Positions 1-9,582 of a DNA stretch of 64,000 bases are shown here, piece after piece. Numbering within the stretch: the first letter of the stretch is position 1; every line of letters starts with the position of its first letter. The notes beneath the pieces were generated by a model. It searched no databases and had not been told where the DNA came from. It saw only the letters and a program-made list of their open reading frames with translations. A program made the translations under genes and the position numbers. The stretch comes from Minisyncoccia bacterium (GTDB lineage: Bacteria; Patescibacteriota; Minisyncoccia; UBA6257; 2-01-FULL-56-20), in the NCBI GenBank assembly GCA_049997875.1, contig JBEKRC010000002.1:2755-66754 (forward strand). The letters are read 5' to 3'.

Positions 1-461
1 CGAGTTCCGGCATTTTGAATTCAGGGCCTTACCCGCCGGTTGTGAACCAAGCGACGCAATATACGATTCATTGGGTTATCGTGAATTACGCCACGGATGC
101 GCAAAACGTGACCGCGTTGGCCTATCTCCAGTCGGGGACTGCGTGCACGGGCGTGATCCAGAGCAACATGACGACGGCGCCATCTTGCAACGCGGCGACC
201 GGCCTTATTTCGTGGACTATCCCTGCGATTCCTGCGACGACCGGCATCGTGGGTCCGCCCGCCGAGGCGATTTTTCAGGTGGCGAACACGCCGGCGGTCA
301 ACCAGGTGAGAAGCGCGGTGACGTTGCTTGGCCCGACCACGCTCCAAGCGACGGATGCGTTCACGAGTTCAACGCTCACGGCCTCCGCGCCCGCAGTTAC
401 GACCGACCTGCCCAACGACAAAACCATCAGTCCGAGCCAGGATCGCCGCGTCACGCAATAA
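1..461 (+). CDS. C-terminal part of a large secreted/surface beta-rich hypothetical protein (5' truncated)
   Basis: Open frame to TAA at 459-461; Thr/Ala/Pro-rich and Ig-like (GPYPPVVNQATQYTIHWVIVN...ISWTIPAIPA). Confidence 0.7.
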   Translation, partial: SSGILNSGPYPPVVNQATQYTIHWVIVNYATDAQNVTALAYLQSGTACTGVIQSNMTTAPSCNAATGLISWTIPAIPATTGIVGPPAEAIFQVANTPAVNQVRSAVTLLGPTTLQATDAFTSSTLTASAPAVTTDLPNDKTISPSQDRRVTQ

Positions 462-475
462 CATCACGCGACAAC

Positions 476-1810
476 ATGCCCAAAAACGACCTCATGGAAA
501 AAATCGTCTCGCTCGCGAAGCGCCGCGGGTTCGTGTTCCCCGGCTCGGAGATTTACGGCGGGCTTCGGGGCACATGGGATTACGGACCCCTAGGCGCCCT
601 TTTGAAGAAGAACTTTAAAGACGAATGGTGGCGGGAAATGGTTCAGCTTCGGGACGACATGGTCGGCATTGATGCCGCTATTATGATGAATCCTCGCGCA
701 TGGGAAGCCTCCGGGCACGTTGAAGCGTTTGTTGATCCGCTCGTGGAATGCAAATTGTGTCACCAGCGCTTTCGAGCCGACAAGCCGGACGAATTGCGCG
801 AGCATGAAACTTCGCACAAAAAAGAAAAAATTGAATGGACGGCCCCTCAGAAATTCAACCTGCTCGTGAAGGCTTATTTGGGAGTGCTGGAAAGCAAGGA
901 ATCAGAGATCTACCTTCGCGGAGAAATAACCAACGGCGTCCAAGTGAATTTCAAGAACATCGTGAATTCCACCAGAGTCAAAATTCCTTTTGGGGTTGCT
1001 CAAATCGGCAAGGCGTTTCGCAACGAAATCACCCCGGGAAATTTCATTTTCCGTAGCCGGGAATTCGAGCAAATGGAAGTCCAGTTTTACATAAAGCCGG
1101 ACGAGAAGGAGGGGGAAAAGTGGTTTGAATATTGGAAGCAAAGTAGTATGAAATGGTTTGCGAAAATAGGGTTCAAAAAAACAAACCTCCGTTTCCGCGA
1201 TCATGAACCGGCCGAGCGGGCGCACTATGCCCGCTTGGCAACCGACATTGAATTCAACGCGCCGTGGGGCTGGGACGAGATGATGGGCATTCATCACCGC
1301 GGCGATTGGGATCTCAAGCGGCATCAGGAATACTCAGGGGTGGATATGTCATATACCGATCCCGACACCGGAGGAAAATACATTCCATGGGACATTGAAA
1401 CATCTTCGGGCGTTGATCGGCCGCTTCTTTTCCTCTTGCTTGACGCATATGCCGAAGAAGAAGATAGGGTAATCCTGAAATTGCATCCGCATCTCGCTCC
1501 GTATAAGGCCGCGGTTTTCCCGCTGCTTGCGAACAAGCCGCAGCTTGTGAAGGTTGCACGGAAGATATACGACGATCTTCGCAAGCAATGTATGGTGGCA
1601 TGGGACGACCGCGGTAATATCGGCAAGCGCTACTACGCGCAGGACGAGATCGGAACACCTTTCTGCATCACGGTTGATTTTGATACGTTGGGGGACGGCG
1701 AGGATAAAAAACTCAAAGATACCGTGACGGTGCGCGACCGCGACACGGCGAAGCAGGAGCGGATTGCAATTGATACGCTGGCCGATTTCATCGCGGAGAA
1801 GATTCAATAG
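476..1810 (+). CDS. glyQS: Glycine--tRNA ligase, alpha2 dimeric type
   Basis: LAKRRGFVFPGSEIYGG, DYGPLG, AQIGKAFRNEITP, FRSREFEQME; anticodon-binding domain IGKRYYAQDEIGTPFCITVDFDT. ATG at 476. Confidence 0.95.
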   Translation: MPKNDLMEKIVSLAKRRGFVFPGSEIYGGLRGTWDYGPLGALLKKNFKDEWWREMVQLRDDMVGIDAAIMMNPRAWEASGHVEAFVDPLVECKLCHQRFRADKPDELREHETSHKKEKIEWTAPQKFNLLVKAYLGVLESKESEIYLRGEITNGVQVNFKNIVNSTRVKIPFGVAQIGKAFRNEITPGNFIFRSREFEQMEVQFYIKPDEKEGEKWFEYWKQSSMKWFAKIGFKKTNLRFRDHEPAERAHYARLATDIEFNAPWGWDEMMGIHHRGDWDLKRHQEYSGVDMSYTDPDTGGKYIPWDIETSSGVDRPLLFLLLDAYAEEEDRVILKLHPHLAPYKAAVFPLLANKPQLVKVARKIYDDLRKQCMVAWDDRGNIGKRYYAQDEIGTPFCITVDFDTLGDGEDKKLKDTVTVRDRDTAKQERIAIDTLADFIAEKIQ

Positions 1811-1811
1811 T

Positions 1812-3113
1812 ATGGCCGAGAAGTTTGTGATCAAAGGAGGCAAGCCGCTCTTCGGCGAGATCAAACTCGCCGGCGCGAAGAACGCGGTTTCCAAGATGAT
1901 GGTTGCGTCGCTCCTCACGGACGAGCCATGCATTTTGGAGAACATGCCGCAGATAGGGGACGTGGATATTGTCGTTGAGCTTTTGAAAACGATTGGGAGC
2001 GAAATAGAGATCGTGGGCTCCACGGCGAAGATTGAAACACGCGAGATCAAGAGCAGCCGCGTTCTGGAACTCACGCGGCGGAACAGGATTCCCATCCTTG
2101 CGCTGGGGCCGCTCCTTGTGCGTGCGGGAGAAGCGGAAGTGCCGGTCGTGGGCGGTGACAAAATAGGCGCGCGGCCCGTGGACATCCATCTGGAAGCGCT
2201 CGCGAAATTCGGTGCGCAGCTCGTGATCACAAAGAGCAGTTATCATGCGTGGGCGAAGCACGGGCTCCACGGCGCGGAGATTGAACTTCGGTTCCCGAGC
2301 GTGGGCGCCACGGAAAATACCATCCTCGCGGCGGTGCTTGCAAAAGGAAAGACGGTTATCAAGAATGCGGCGCTGGAGCCGGAGATCGTGGACCTCATAA
2401 AAATGCTCCAGAAGATGGGAGCGATCGTTGAGCTTGCGCCGCCGCGCACGATCACGATTGAGGGCGTGAAGCGTTTGCACGGCGTGACGCACCGGATCAT
2501 ACCGGACAGGAACGAAGCGGTTTCGTTCGCATGCCTTGCGATCGCGACGAACGGAAGGATTCTTGTGAAAGAAGCGCGGCAGGATGAGCTCATCACTTTT
2601 TTGAACGTCGTGCGAAGGCTCGGCGCCCAATATGAAGTGGCGGATGGCGGCATTGCCTTTTGGCGGAAAAATTCATTGAAAGCGCTTTCGGTGCGGACCG
2701 ACGTGCATCCCGGATTTATGACTGATTGGCAACAGCCGCTCTGTGCACTCCTTACGCAGGCAAAGGGCATCTCAACGATCCACGAAACCATTTGGGAAGA
2801 TCGCTTTGCCTATGCGCACGACCTGAACGAAATGGGGGCGAAGATCGTCGTGGGCGCGGAGTGCCCGCAAGGAGAGGAGTGTCGCTTGGCCGGAAAGGGA
2901 TTTTTCCATTACGCGACCGTAGAGGGGCCAACACCGCTTCGGAGCGCGAACCTCACCGTGCACGATTTGCGCTCCGGGATGCTTGACGTCCTCGCTGCGC
3001 TCATCGCCGAGGGCGTTTCCGAGGTGGAAGGCATCCACGAGATAGATCGCGGTTACGAGCATATTGATGGCCGCCTGCGCCAGCTCGGGGCGGACATAAG
3101 GCGCTTGACTTAA
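1812..3113 (+). CDS. murA: UDP-N-acetylglucosamine 1-carboxyvinyltransferase (Asp at catalytic Cys position)
   Basis: GAKNA, GGDKIGARPVDIH, FPSVGATEN, IIPDRNEA, HPGFMTDWQQP, DLRSG, IDRGYE motifs. Confidence 0.96.
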   Translation: MAEKFVIKGGKPLFGEIKLAGAKNAVSKMMVASLLTDEPCILENMPQIGDVDIVVELLKTIGSEIEIVGSTAKIETREIKSSRVLELTRRNRIPILALGPLLVRAGEAEVPVVGGDKIGARPVDIHLEALAKFGAQLVITKSSYHAWAKHGLHGAEIELRFPSVGATENTILAAVLAKGKTVIKNAALEPEIVDLIKMLQKMGAIVELAPPRTITIEGVKRLHGVTHRIIPDRNEAVSFACLAIATNGRILVKEARQDELITFLNVVRRLGAQYEVADGGIAFWRKNSLKALSVRTDVHPGFMTDWQQPLCALLTQAKGISTIHETIWEDRFAYAHDLNEMGAKIVVGAECPQGEECRLAGKGFFHYATVEGPTPLRSANLTVHDLRSGMLDVLAALIAEGVSEVEGIHEIDRGYEHIDGRLRQLGADIRRLT

Positions 3114-3133
3114 TATCGTAAGTAGGGTATTCT
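3105..3133 (+). promoter_or_regulatory. sigma70-type promoter for the membrane ORF upstream of mreB
   Basis: TTGACT(3105-3110)-N17-TATTCT(3128-3133); GGAGGT SD at 3170-3175 before ATG 3183. Confidence 0.5.
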
Positions 3134-3182
3134 ATGGGTGGAAGCAGTAAAATTCATCGCCGATAGGCGGGAGGTAATGTCA

Positions 3183-3752
3183 ATGGGCCGTAAACGGAAG
3201 TCGCTGTTGCTTTTCCTGGTTTCAGTGTTGATTCTTTTGTTGGCCGGTTTCTGGTTGGTGCACCGAATGCGGGCTGAGTCGGTTCGCATTGAAGCTGCAG
3301 CGAAGAAACTTGCGGCGGAACTTACAGAGGAAGAGCGAATCTCCGCCGAAAACAAGGGCTTGGCAAAGAGAATTTTAGACCTCCACAGTGAACATCTTTG
3401 GGGCGAGGACTTTCTCCGAATCTGCCGTAAGAACTCCGGCCTCCCAGCGTTCGAAAAGTTAAAGAAGAAGGTTGAAGAAGGGAGACAACAGGAGTTGGCA
3501 GTGCGGAAGGAGTATGACCAAAACGTTCTAAGGCTCCAAAAACTGGGAGAGACGAATTTAAAGTTTTCCGAGGAACTGGTTCCCGAAGAACCATTCAACT
3601 TCAATCGGGAGCCAAATTTCAACTTCCATCCTCAGATTCCGTCCCCACCTCCGCGCCGACCCGCCGATGCTTTGCCAAGGACCGATCCCTCCCGGGTCGG
3701 TCCTTTTCCTTTTGCTTTACTTTTTGGGTCTCTTCGCGTTAAATTGGTAGGT
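3183..3752 (+). CDS. Orphan membrane-anchored coiled-coil ORF, in frame with mreB with no stop codon
   Basis: MGRKRKSLLLFLVSVLILLLAGFWLV (basic residues plus TM), coiled coil, Pro-rich tail; has its own SD; frame stays open into mreB. Confidence 0.55.
3677..3713 (+). terminator. Intrinsic terminator-like hairpin inside the open frame upstream of mreB
   Basis: AAGGACCGATCC/GGGTCGGTCCTT stem (one G-U pair) followed by TTCCTTTT. Confidence 0.6.
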
Positions 3753-4760
3753 ATGTTCCGCAAGAAAATCGGCATTGATTTGGGGACGGCGAATACCGTC
3801 GTTTTTGTACCTGGGAAAGGCTTTATTATCAACGAGCCGACGATCGTTGCCTTGACGAAGCCGGACAATTCGGTGCTCGCGGTGGGCAGTGAGGCGAAAG
3901 AAATGATCGGTCGGACGCCAGATGAGATCGTGGCCTACCGACCACTTAAGGATGGCGTGATCGCCGATTATTACATTACGAAGGCGATGCTCACGTATTT
4001 CATTTCAAAAGCCGTGGGCTGGTTCAATCTGGTAAAGCCGGATGTGGTGATTTCCGTGCCTGCGGGCATCACGCAGACCGAGCGGCGCGCGGTGATGAAC
4101 GCGGCGCGCGAAGCGGGTGCGGGGAATGCGTTCATCGTGCGCGAACCGATCCTTGCGGCGTTGGGCGCCGGCATCCCCATCAATGCGCGTTCGGGGAACA
4201 TGATCATCAACGTCGGCGGCGGGACGTCGGAACAAGCGGTGATTGCATTGGGGAGCATCGTGTCATGGAACAGTTTGCGCATCGCAGGGAACAAATTTGA
4301 CCAGGCGATCATGGATTACGTGAAAAAGAAATACGGCCTCGCGATCGGCGAACAAACTGCCGAGAACGTGAAGATTGAGATCGGTTCCGCAATGCCGACG
4401 AAGGAAAAAATGGAATATCAGATCCGCGGGCGGGACCTCGTGACCGGACTTCCGAAGGACATTACGATCAATTCAAACGAGATAGCGGAGGCGCTGAATC
4501 CCTTCCTCATTGAGATCGCGAGCGCCATCCAAAACGTCTTCAACGTGACGCCGCCGGAGCTTGTAGCGGACATTATGGAAAAGGGCATTATTCTTTCGGG
4601 CGGCTCGGTGCAGCTTCACCACATGCCCGAGTTTTTTGAGCGTTTCTTGGGCGTGCAGGCCTACGTGGCCGAGGATCCGCTCTTTTGCGTCGCGAAGGGC
4701 ACCGGCCTCATCCTGAACCACTTGGATACCTATAAGCGTACGCTGCTCAATAAGCGGTAA
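3753..4760 (+). CDS. mreB: Rod shape-determining protein MreB/Mbl family
   Basis: IGIDLGTANT, INEPTIVA, RPLKDGVIADY, NVGGGTSE, AGNKFD, GEQTAENVKIEIG, GIILSGG; TAAATT 7 nt before ATG 3753. Confidence 0.93.
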   Translation: MFRKKIGIDLGTANTVVFVPGKGFIINEPTIVALTKPDNSVLAVGSEAKEMIGRTPDEIVAYRPLKDGVIADYYITKAMLTYFISKAVGWFNLVKPDVVISVPAGITQTERRAVMNAAREAGAGNAFIVREPILAALGAGIPINARSGNMIINVGGGTSEQAVIALGSIVSWNSLRIAGNKFDQAIMDYVKKKYGLAIGEQTAENVKIEIGSAMPTKEKMEYQIRGRDLVTGLPKDITINSNEIAEALNPFLIEIASAIQNVFNVTPPELVADIMEKGIILSGGSVQLHHMPEFFERFLGVQAYVAEDPLFCVAKGTGLILNHLDTYKRTLLNKR

Positions 4761-4765
4761 AAGCG

Positions 4766-5641
4766 ATGAGACGGGTGATCGGGCATGAAAAGATAATCGG
4801 AGATCTTACGCGGCTCGCTCAAAGTGGCGAGCTTTCGCACGGGTATATTTTCTACGGGCTTCCCATGGTCGGGAAGCGCACGGCGGCACTCGCTCTCGCG
4901 CATGGTTTGGAGAAAGGCACATTTGAAGCGCCTTTGGAAAGCGAAGTCCTGCAGGATACCAAGGTGATCGACATGGCATTTGCGAAGCAGCTGGATCCCA
5001 ACCTGAAGGATTCCATCAGTATTGATGCGGTCCGCGAGATCAAACATTTCCTTTGGCAAAAGCCGAATGTGAGCGCAAAGCGCACTCTTATCATTGATGA
5101 TGCGGAATTTTTGACGAATGACGCGCAGAACGCACTTTTGAAAATCACCGAGGAACCGCCGGCGTCCTCGCTTTTGGTTGTTATAACCTCTGATCTGGAA
5201 AGCATTATGCCGACCATCCTTTCGCGGCTGCAGAAGATTTACTTCGGCGCGGTGCCGGAAGCGGCGATTGCGGCATGGATAGAAAAAGAGCAGGGGGTTC
5301 CGAAGGCGAAGGCAGCGTCGCTCGCGAAGCGTGCCCTCGGCAAACCGGGGTTTGCGTGGCGGTTGCTCAACGACGAAGCGTTCCAAAAAAATCTTGCGTT
5401 GGCGGAAATATTTTTGAAAACCGCTCCCGCCGGACGGCGCGATTTCATCAAGAAGTTGCTCACACCCGAGGAGTTCAACTTACGGAAATTCCTGGATGCG
5501 GTTATAATAATTCTTGCGTGGGAGAAGCCGTCCAAAGCGAACGCTGCGCTTTGGCACAAGGCGCTCGCGCTGTATCAAAATATCACCAACTTCGGTTTGA
5601 ATCCGCGTTTGCAGTTGGAAAATCTTGTCGCCCAATCATGA
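4766..5641 (+). CDS. holB: DNA polymerase III delta' subunit (clamp loader AAA+)
   Basis: IGHEKI, LSHGYIFYGLPMVGKRT, ISIDAVREI, IIDDAEFLTNDAQNALLKITEEPP, PTILSR. Confidence 0.88.
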   Translation: MRRVIGHEKIIGDLTRLAQSGELSHGYIFYGLPMVGKRTAALALAHGLEKGTFEAPLESEVLQDTKVIDMAFAKQLDPNLKDSISIDAVREIKHFLWQKPNVSAKRTLIIDDAEFLTNDAQNALLKITEEPPASSLLVVITSDLESIMPTILSRLQKIYFGAVPEAAIAAWIEKEQGVPKAKAASLAKRALGKPGFAWRLLNDEAFQKNLALAEIFLKTAPAGRRDFIKKLLTPEEFNLRKFLDAVIIILAWEKPSKANAALWHKALALYQNITNFGLNPRLQLENLVAQS

Positions 5642-6198
5642 CCACAGGAGAACAATTCATCAAAGATCTTGAGGCAGGGCTTTCGGCCGCCGTCCAAAAG
5701 TTGAGGCAGGACTTCGGGCAGATCCGCGGCAACCGGCCGTCGGTGGAACTTGTGCAGGACATCAAAGTAAATCTGTACGATCAAATGCTCTCCGTCCGCG
5801 AGCTCGGCTCGTTAAGCATTCTCCCTCCGCGCACCATTCAGATCACCGTATGGGACCAGAACGCCCTCGGTGCCGTGATGAAGGCGATTGAAAGCGCGCA
5901 CCTCGGACTCTCTACGACGAACAACGGCAATAACATTTTGGCGACGCTTTCGCCCCTTGGCGACGAGCGGCGCGAGGAGCTCACGAAACTCGTGAAAAAG
6001 ACCGCGGAGACGGCGAGAATCCAAATCCGCGCGAGGCGCGACGAAACAATGAAGCGCCTGAGGGACGCGGAGAACGAAAAGGAAATCACCGAAGACGAAG
6101 CGTTCAAATCAAAAGAAAGGGCCCAGAAAGTAGTGGACAAAGCGAACGGGGAGGTGGAGACGCTCGTGAACGGCAAGTTAACCGAACTCGGCGGGTAG
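5638..6198 (+). CDS. frr: Ribosome recycling factor
   Basis: IRGNRPSVELV, AVMKAIESAHLGL, PLGDERREELTKLVKKTAETARIQIRARR, ITEDE; ATGA overlap with holB. Confidence 0.93.
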   Translation: MTTGEQFIKDLEAGLSAAVQKLRQDFGQIRGNRPSVELVQDIKVNLYDQMLSVRELGSLSILPPRTIQITVWDQNALGAVMKAIESAHLGLSTTNNGNNILATLSPLGDERREELTKLVKKTAETARIQIRARRDETMKRLRDAENEKEITEDEAFKSKERAQKVVDKANGEVETLVNGKLTELGG

Positions 6199-6318
6199 CT
6201 GCGAGTGGCACAGATTAATTTTTTATTAAAAACTCTTTGACTTTTCCCGCTGCGCAGTTACAGTGGGGGAATGAGCCAGCAAATTGATTTTCCTCTTGCG
6301 GTATTTTACGATAGCGAT

Positions 6319-6564
6319 ATGAGTGGCGTGCGAAAGGAGTATCGCGGCAAGCAACTTCCCGTTATCATTGGAAAAGATGAGGATGGGTTTTATGTGGTGG
6401 AATGCCCGCTATTTGAGGGCTGTTACAGCCAGGGAAGGACCACGGACGAAGCATTAAAAAATATTCGCGAAGCGATCCTTTTGCTGCTTCGGGAAAAAAA
6501 GAACCGCGACATAGTTTTTGCATACCATCCCAAAGAGGTCGGCTTATGCACCATTGTTTTATGA
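6319..6564 (+). CDS. hicB: HicB-family antitoxin (short form, no DNA-binding domain)
   Basis: KDEDGFYVVECPLFEGCYSQGRTTDEALKNIREAI; TTGATT-N17-TACGAT 6 nt before ATG 6319 (alternative start 6271). Confidence 0.88.
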   Translation: MSGVRKEYRGKQLPVIIGKDEDGFYVVECPLFEGCYSQGRTTDEALKNIREAILLLLREKKNRDIVFAYHPKEVGLCTIVL

Positions 6565-6567
6565 TTC

Positions 6568-6786
6568 GTGTCCAAGCTGCCGCCTCTCTCGGGAGATGCT
6601 ATCGTTAAAGCACTGAAGAAAACTGGCTATGTCCCAGTGCGGCTGCGCGGAAGTCACCTGCGCCTTGTTTGCTCGGGGAAACGATCCATTACCGTTCCAC
6701 GGCATCCTGTGGTAGGGCGCGGCCTTTTGAGAAAGATTTTGCGCGACGCGGAATTGTCTCCCGCGGAATTTATTGCGCTACTTTAA
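6568..6786 (+). CDS. hicA: HicA-family mRNA interferase toxin
   Basis: LSGDAIVKALKKTGY..RLRGSHLRL..ITVPRH..GRGLLRKILRDAELSPAEF. Confidence 0.9.
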   Translation: MSKLPPLSGDAIVKALKKTGYVPVRLRGSHLRLVCSGKRSITVPRHPVVGRGLLRKILRDAELSPAEFIALL

Positions 6787-6872
6787 AATATTACTTTCAA
6801 TTACATTCGTGGTAGTGTGAACGGGGTGCTCACCGAAGACCAATGTCCTGGTTTGCCTAAAGAACAAAACAA

Positions 6873-7580
6873 ATGTCAGACACTCTTCATAAAGAACTCC
6901 TTCTTGCACTTAAGAAACACGCCGGTCATGGAACTAAGCATTCTGGAAACGTTGCGTACACCGGGAGTTCACACTTTTCATATCACATCTCGAATCCTAT
7001 CCGAAGGGGAATCGCAAGGAACTTCCTCGCCCATCACAAAAACGTTTCCAAGAAAGGAGTTGTCGCATTGCTCAACCGGCTTTATCGCGGTAAATCGCAC
7101 GAAGAAAAGTCAATCGCCGGTATGTTTCTCGGATATTCAAAGGAGCATAGGAAGCAGATTCAGCCGCGATTGCTCGACGAGTGGCTCGATCATTTGGAAG
7201 GATGGGCAGAGGTGGATTCTTTATCCCAGTCAAATTTTGGTGCCGATGAAATGCTGTCGGGCTGGGAAGCGTGGAAGCGGACATTGACCCGATTTTCAAA
7301 AGGCAAAAATATCAACAAACAAAGAGCGTCGTTGGTTCTCCTGACCAAACCAGTGCGTGAATCCCGCGACCGGCGACTTTCAACGCTGGCGTTTAAGAAC
7401 ATCGGGAGACTTCAGCAAGAAAAGGATATCATGATTACTAAGGCCATCTCTTGGTTGTTGAGAAGTCTTATTGAGAATCATAAGAGAGAGGTCATGAACT
7501 ATATTCAAGAAAACAACAGTTTGCTGCCCAAGATCGCTGTCCGCGAAACAAAAAGAAAGTTGATTATGGGGAGAAAATGA
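6873..7580 (+). CDS. AlkD-like DNA alkylation repair protein (HEAT-like repeats)
   Basis: LYRGKSHEEK, WLDHLEGWAEVDSL, KQRASLV, EKDIMITKAISWLLRSL, LPKIAVRE. Confidence 0.8.
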   Translation: MSDTLHKELLLALKKHAGHGTKHSGNVAYTGSSHFSYHISNPIRRGIARNFLAHHKNVSKKGVVALLNRLYRGKSHEEKSIAGMFLGYSKEHRKQIQPRLLDEWLDHLEGWAEVDSLSQSNFGADEMLSGWEAWKRTLTRFSKGKNINKQRASLVLLTKPVRESRDRRLSTLAFKNIGRLQQEKDIMITKAISWLLRSLIENHKREVMNYIQENNSLLPKIAVRETKRKLIMGRK

Positions 7581-7715
7581 TTCGCTCCGACATGCGGAGG
7601 ATGCGAGAACCCGTTTCCAGCGATTTACGGAGAACGAAAGGTGAACAGAGCCCCCAGTGGGCAAAAGATAGGTTTAATATTGCGCTAACAGGGCCATTTC
7701 GTTTATATTAATCAT

Positions 7716-8765
7716 ATGCTCATCATTATACTCGTCATCATCGGCCTTTCGCTTCTCATCCTCGGCCACGAAGCCGGCCATTTTTTTGCGGCGAAGGCAT
7801 TCGGCCTGCAGGTGGACGAATTCGGATTTGGTTTTCCGCCGCGGCTCACCTCATGGAAGAAAGGGGAAACGGAATACAGCCTGAACTGGCTGCCGTTCGG
7901 GGGGTTTGTGAAGATTGCGGGCGAGCGCGGCGAATTTGAGATGCTGGAACCAAGCGGCGCTTACGAGGATGCCCCGGATGCGTCACGCTTCCTTTATGCG
8001 CAGCCCATGTGGAAAAAGAGCATCATTGTGCTCGCGGGGGTTTTCGTGAATTTTCTTCTCGGATGGCTTTTCCTTTCGCTCACTCTCATGATTGGGGCGC
8101 CGCAGGCGCTCGTCGTCGGCGGGGTGCAGCCGGATTCGCCCGCGGCGCAGGCGGGCATCATGGCGGGGGACGTGGTGAAAAATTTTACGAGCGCGCAGAG
8201 TTTTATTGATTTCGTCAACATGCACAGGGGAGAAACGACCACGATTGCCGTATTGCGCGGCAACAAAGAAATTGATTTCAGCGTCGTGCCGCGTGTGCAG
8301 ACGGCGCCGGGCCAGGGCGCGGTGGGCGTGGCGCTTGCGGAAGCCGGCACGCCGCGGGAGGGATTTTTTTCCGCGTTCAAGGATGGCCTTGTGGATGCCG
8401 GGATCATTGCGTGGCTCACGCTCCAGGCGTTTTACCAGTTGTTCGTACAGCTTCTTTTCCATGCCTCGCTCTTGCCGGGCGTTGTCGGACCGGTGGGTAT
8501 TTTTGGGCTCGCGGAGGAAACAGGGAAGATCGGCCTTGTGTATTTGCTCCAGCTCTTTGGGGTAATTTCGCTTAATTTGACCGTTGTGAATCTCATCCCG
8601 TTCCCGGCACTTGACGGCGGCAGGTTCCTCATGGCAATTCTTGAGAAAATAAAGGGCTCGGCGATTTCATACCGCACGGAAGCATGGGTGAACAGCCTCG
8701 GCTTCGCCCTGCTCATCGTGCTGATGATCCTTCTTACCATTCGCGACGTCGGCGGTTTGATATAA
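7716..8765 (+). CDS. rseP: Site-2 protease (M50B) with PDZ domain, RseP-like
   Basis: HEAGH, FGFGFPP, LPFGGFVKIAGE, PDZ (DSPAAQAGIMAGD), GPVGI, NLIPFPALDGG. Confidence 0.92.
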   Translation: MLIIILVIIGLSLLILGHEAGHFFAAKAFGLQVDEFGFGFPPRLTSWKKGETEYSLNWLPFGGFVKIAGERGEFEMLEPSGAYEDAPDASRFLYAQPMWKKSIIVLAGVFVNFLLGWLFLSLTLMIGAPQALVVGGVQPDSPAAQAGIMAGDVVKNFTSAQSFIDFVNMHRGETTTIAVLRGNKEIDFSVVPRVQTAPGQGAVGVALAEAGTPREGFFSAFKDGLVDAGIIAWLTLQAFYQLFVQLLFHASLLPGVVGPVGIFGLAEETGKIGLVYLLQLFGVISLNLTVVNLIPFPALDGGRFLMAILEKIKGSAISYRTEAWVNSLGFALLIVLMILLTIRDVGGLI

Positions 8766-8767
8766 TC

Positions 8768-9169
8768 GTGGATATAAAAAGGAAATTAACCCCGGAGCAG
8801 TATCGCGTGATGCGCAAGGGCGGCACGGAGGTGCCGTTTAGCGGCAAGTATGTGCACGAACACGCGAAAGGGATGTACAAGTGCGCAGCGTGCGGCGCGG
8901 AGCTTTTTTCTTCCGATATGAAGTTTGACTCCGGCACCGGCTGGCCGAGCTTCACTGAGCCGGCAAATTTGGAGCATATTGAACTGCGTCCCGACACGAG
9001 TCACGGCATGCACCGCACGGAAGTGATTTGCAGGAATTGCGGCGCGCACCTGGGGCACGTTTTTGACGACGGGCCCAAAGAGAGAGGCGGCAAGCGGTAT
9101 TGCATCAATTCAGTGTGCCTGGAATTGGAGAAGGAGAAAGACGATGATCCTCGCGGGGAACGAGATTAA
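8768..9169 (+). CDS. msrB: Peptide-methionine (R)-S-oxide reductase
   Basis: LTPEQYRVMRKGGTEVPFSG, CAAC, KFDSGTGWPSF, HLGHVFDDGP, RYCINS; start uncertain. Confidence 0.95.
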   Translation: MDIKRKLTPEQYRVMRKGGTEVPFSGKYVHEHAKGMYKCAACGAELFSSDMKFDSGTGWPSFTEPANLEHIELRPDTSHGMHRTEVICRNCGAHLGHVFDDGPKERGGKRYCINSVCLELEKEKDDDPRGERD

Positions 9170-9225
9170 AAAATCATTAAAGACTTCTTGATCTTTTTGG
9201 CTTGAGAGTTACGATGAAAGCCATT

Positions 9226-9582
9226 ATGGAAAAAATTCCTGATGGCATGTTGAATTCGGAAGCCGAGCGATATTTCAGTACTCTTCTGGAACAGTTAAAT
9301 GGGAAATTTGATCATCTTCTTGAGATCGTGTTTTCTTTGGATAGCGTTGTGGGCGGACTCAAAATTCGCATAGAGCGATTAGAGGAACGGGTAACGATGC
9401 TTGAAACGAATGCAGCTTGGTCGGAAATGCAGCGGAAAGAGACAGAGAGAGAGCTGAATAAAATAAAAGGGATGGTGCAATTTTGCGTCCGCCGAGCTGA
9501 CTTTTCCGCATTGCAGCAAAGGGTAGCAGATATTGATCAGAGATTTCTAAAATTCAATAACAGTGGAATAATGAAAGAGTGA
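9226..9582 (+). CDS. Hypothetical coiled-coil protein
   Basis: Heptad pattern (LKIRIERLEERVTMLE, FSALQQRVADID); promoter-like TTGATC-N16-TACGAT upstream; start uncertain (9202/9214/9226). Confidence 0.65.
   Translation: MEKIPDGMLNSEAERYFSTLLEQLNGKFDHLLEIVFSLDSVVGGLKIRIERLEERVTMLETNAAWSEMQRKETERELNKIKGMVQFCVRRADFSALQQRVADIDQRFLKFNNSGIMKE

Noticed and set aside
71-475. N-terminal extension of GlyRS in the ORF track
   Set aside because: It overlaps the upstream gene in another frame; homology begins at MPKNDLMEKIVSLAKRRG (476).
7577-7711. 44-codon ORF after the AlkD-like gene
   Set aside because: No recognisable features, and it runs into the rseP promoter; likely spurious.
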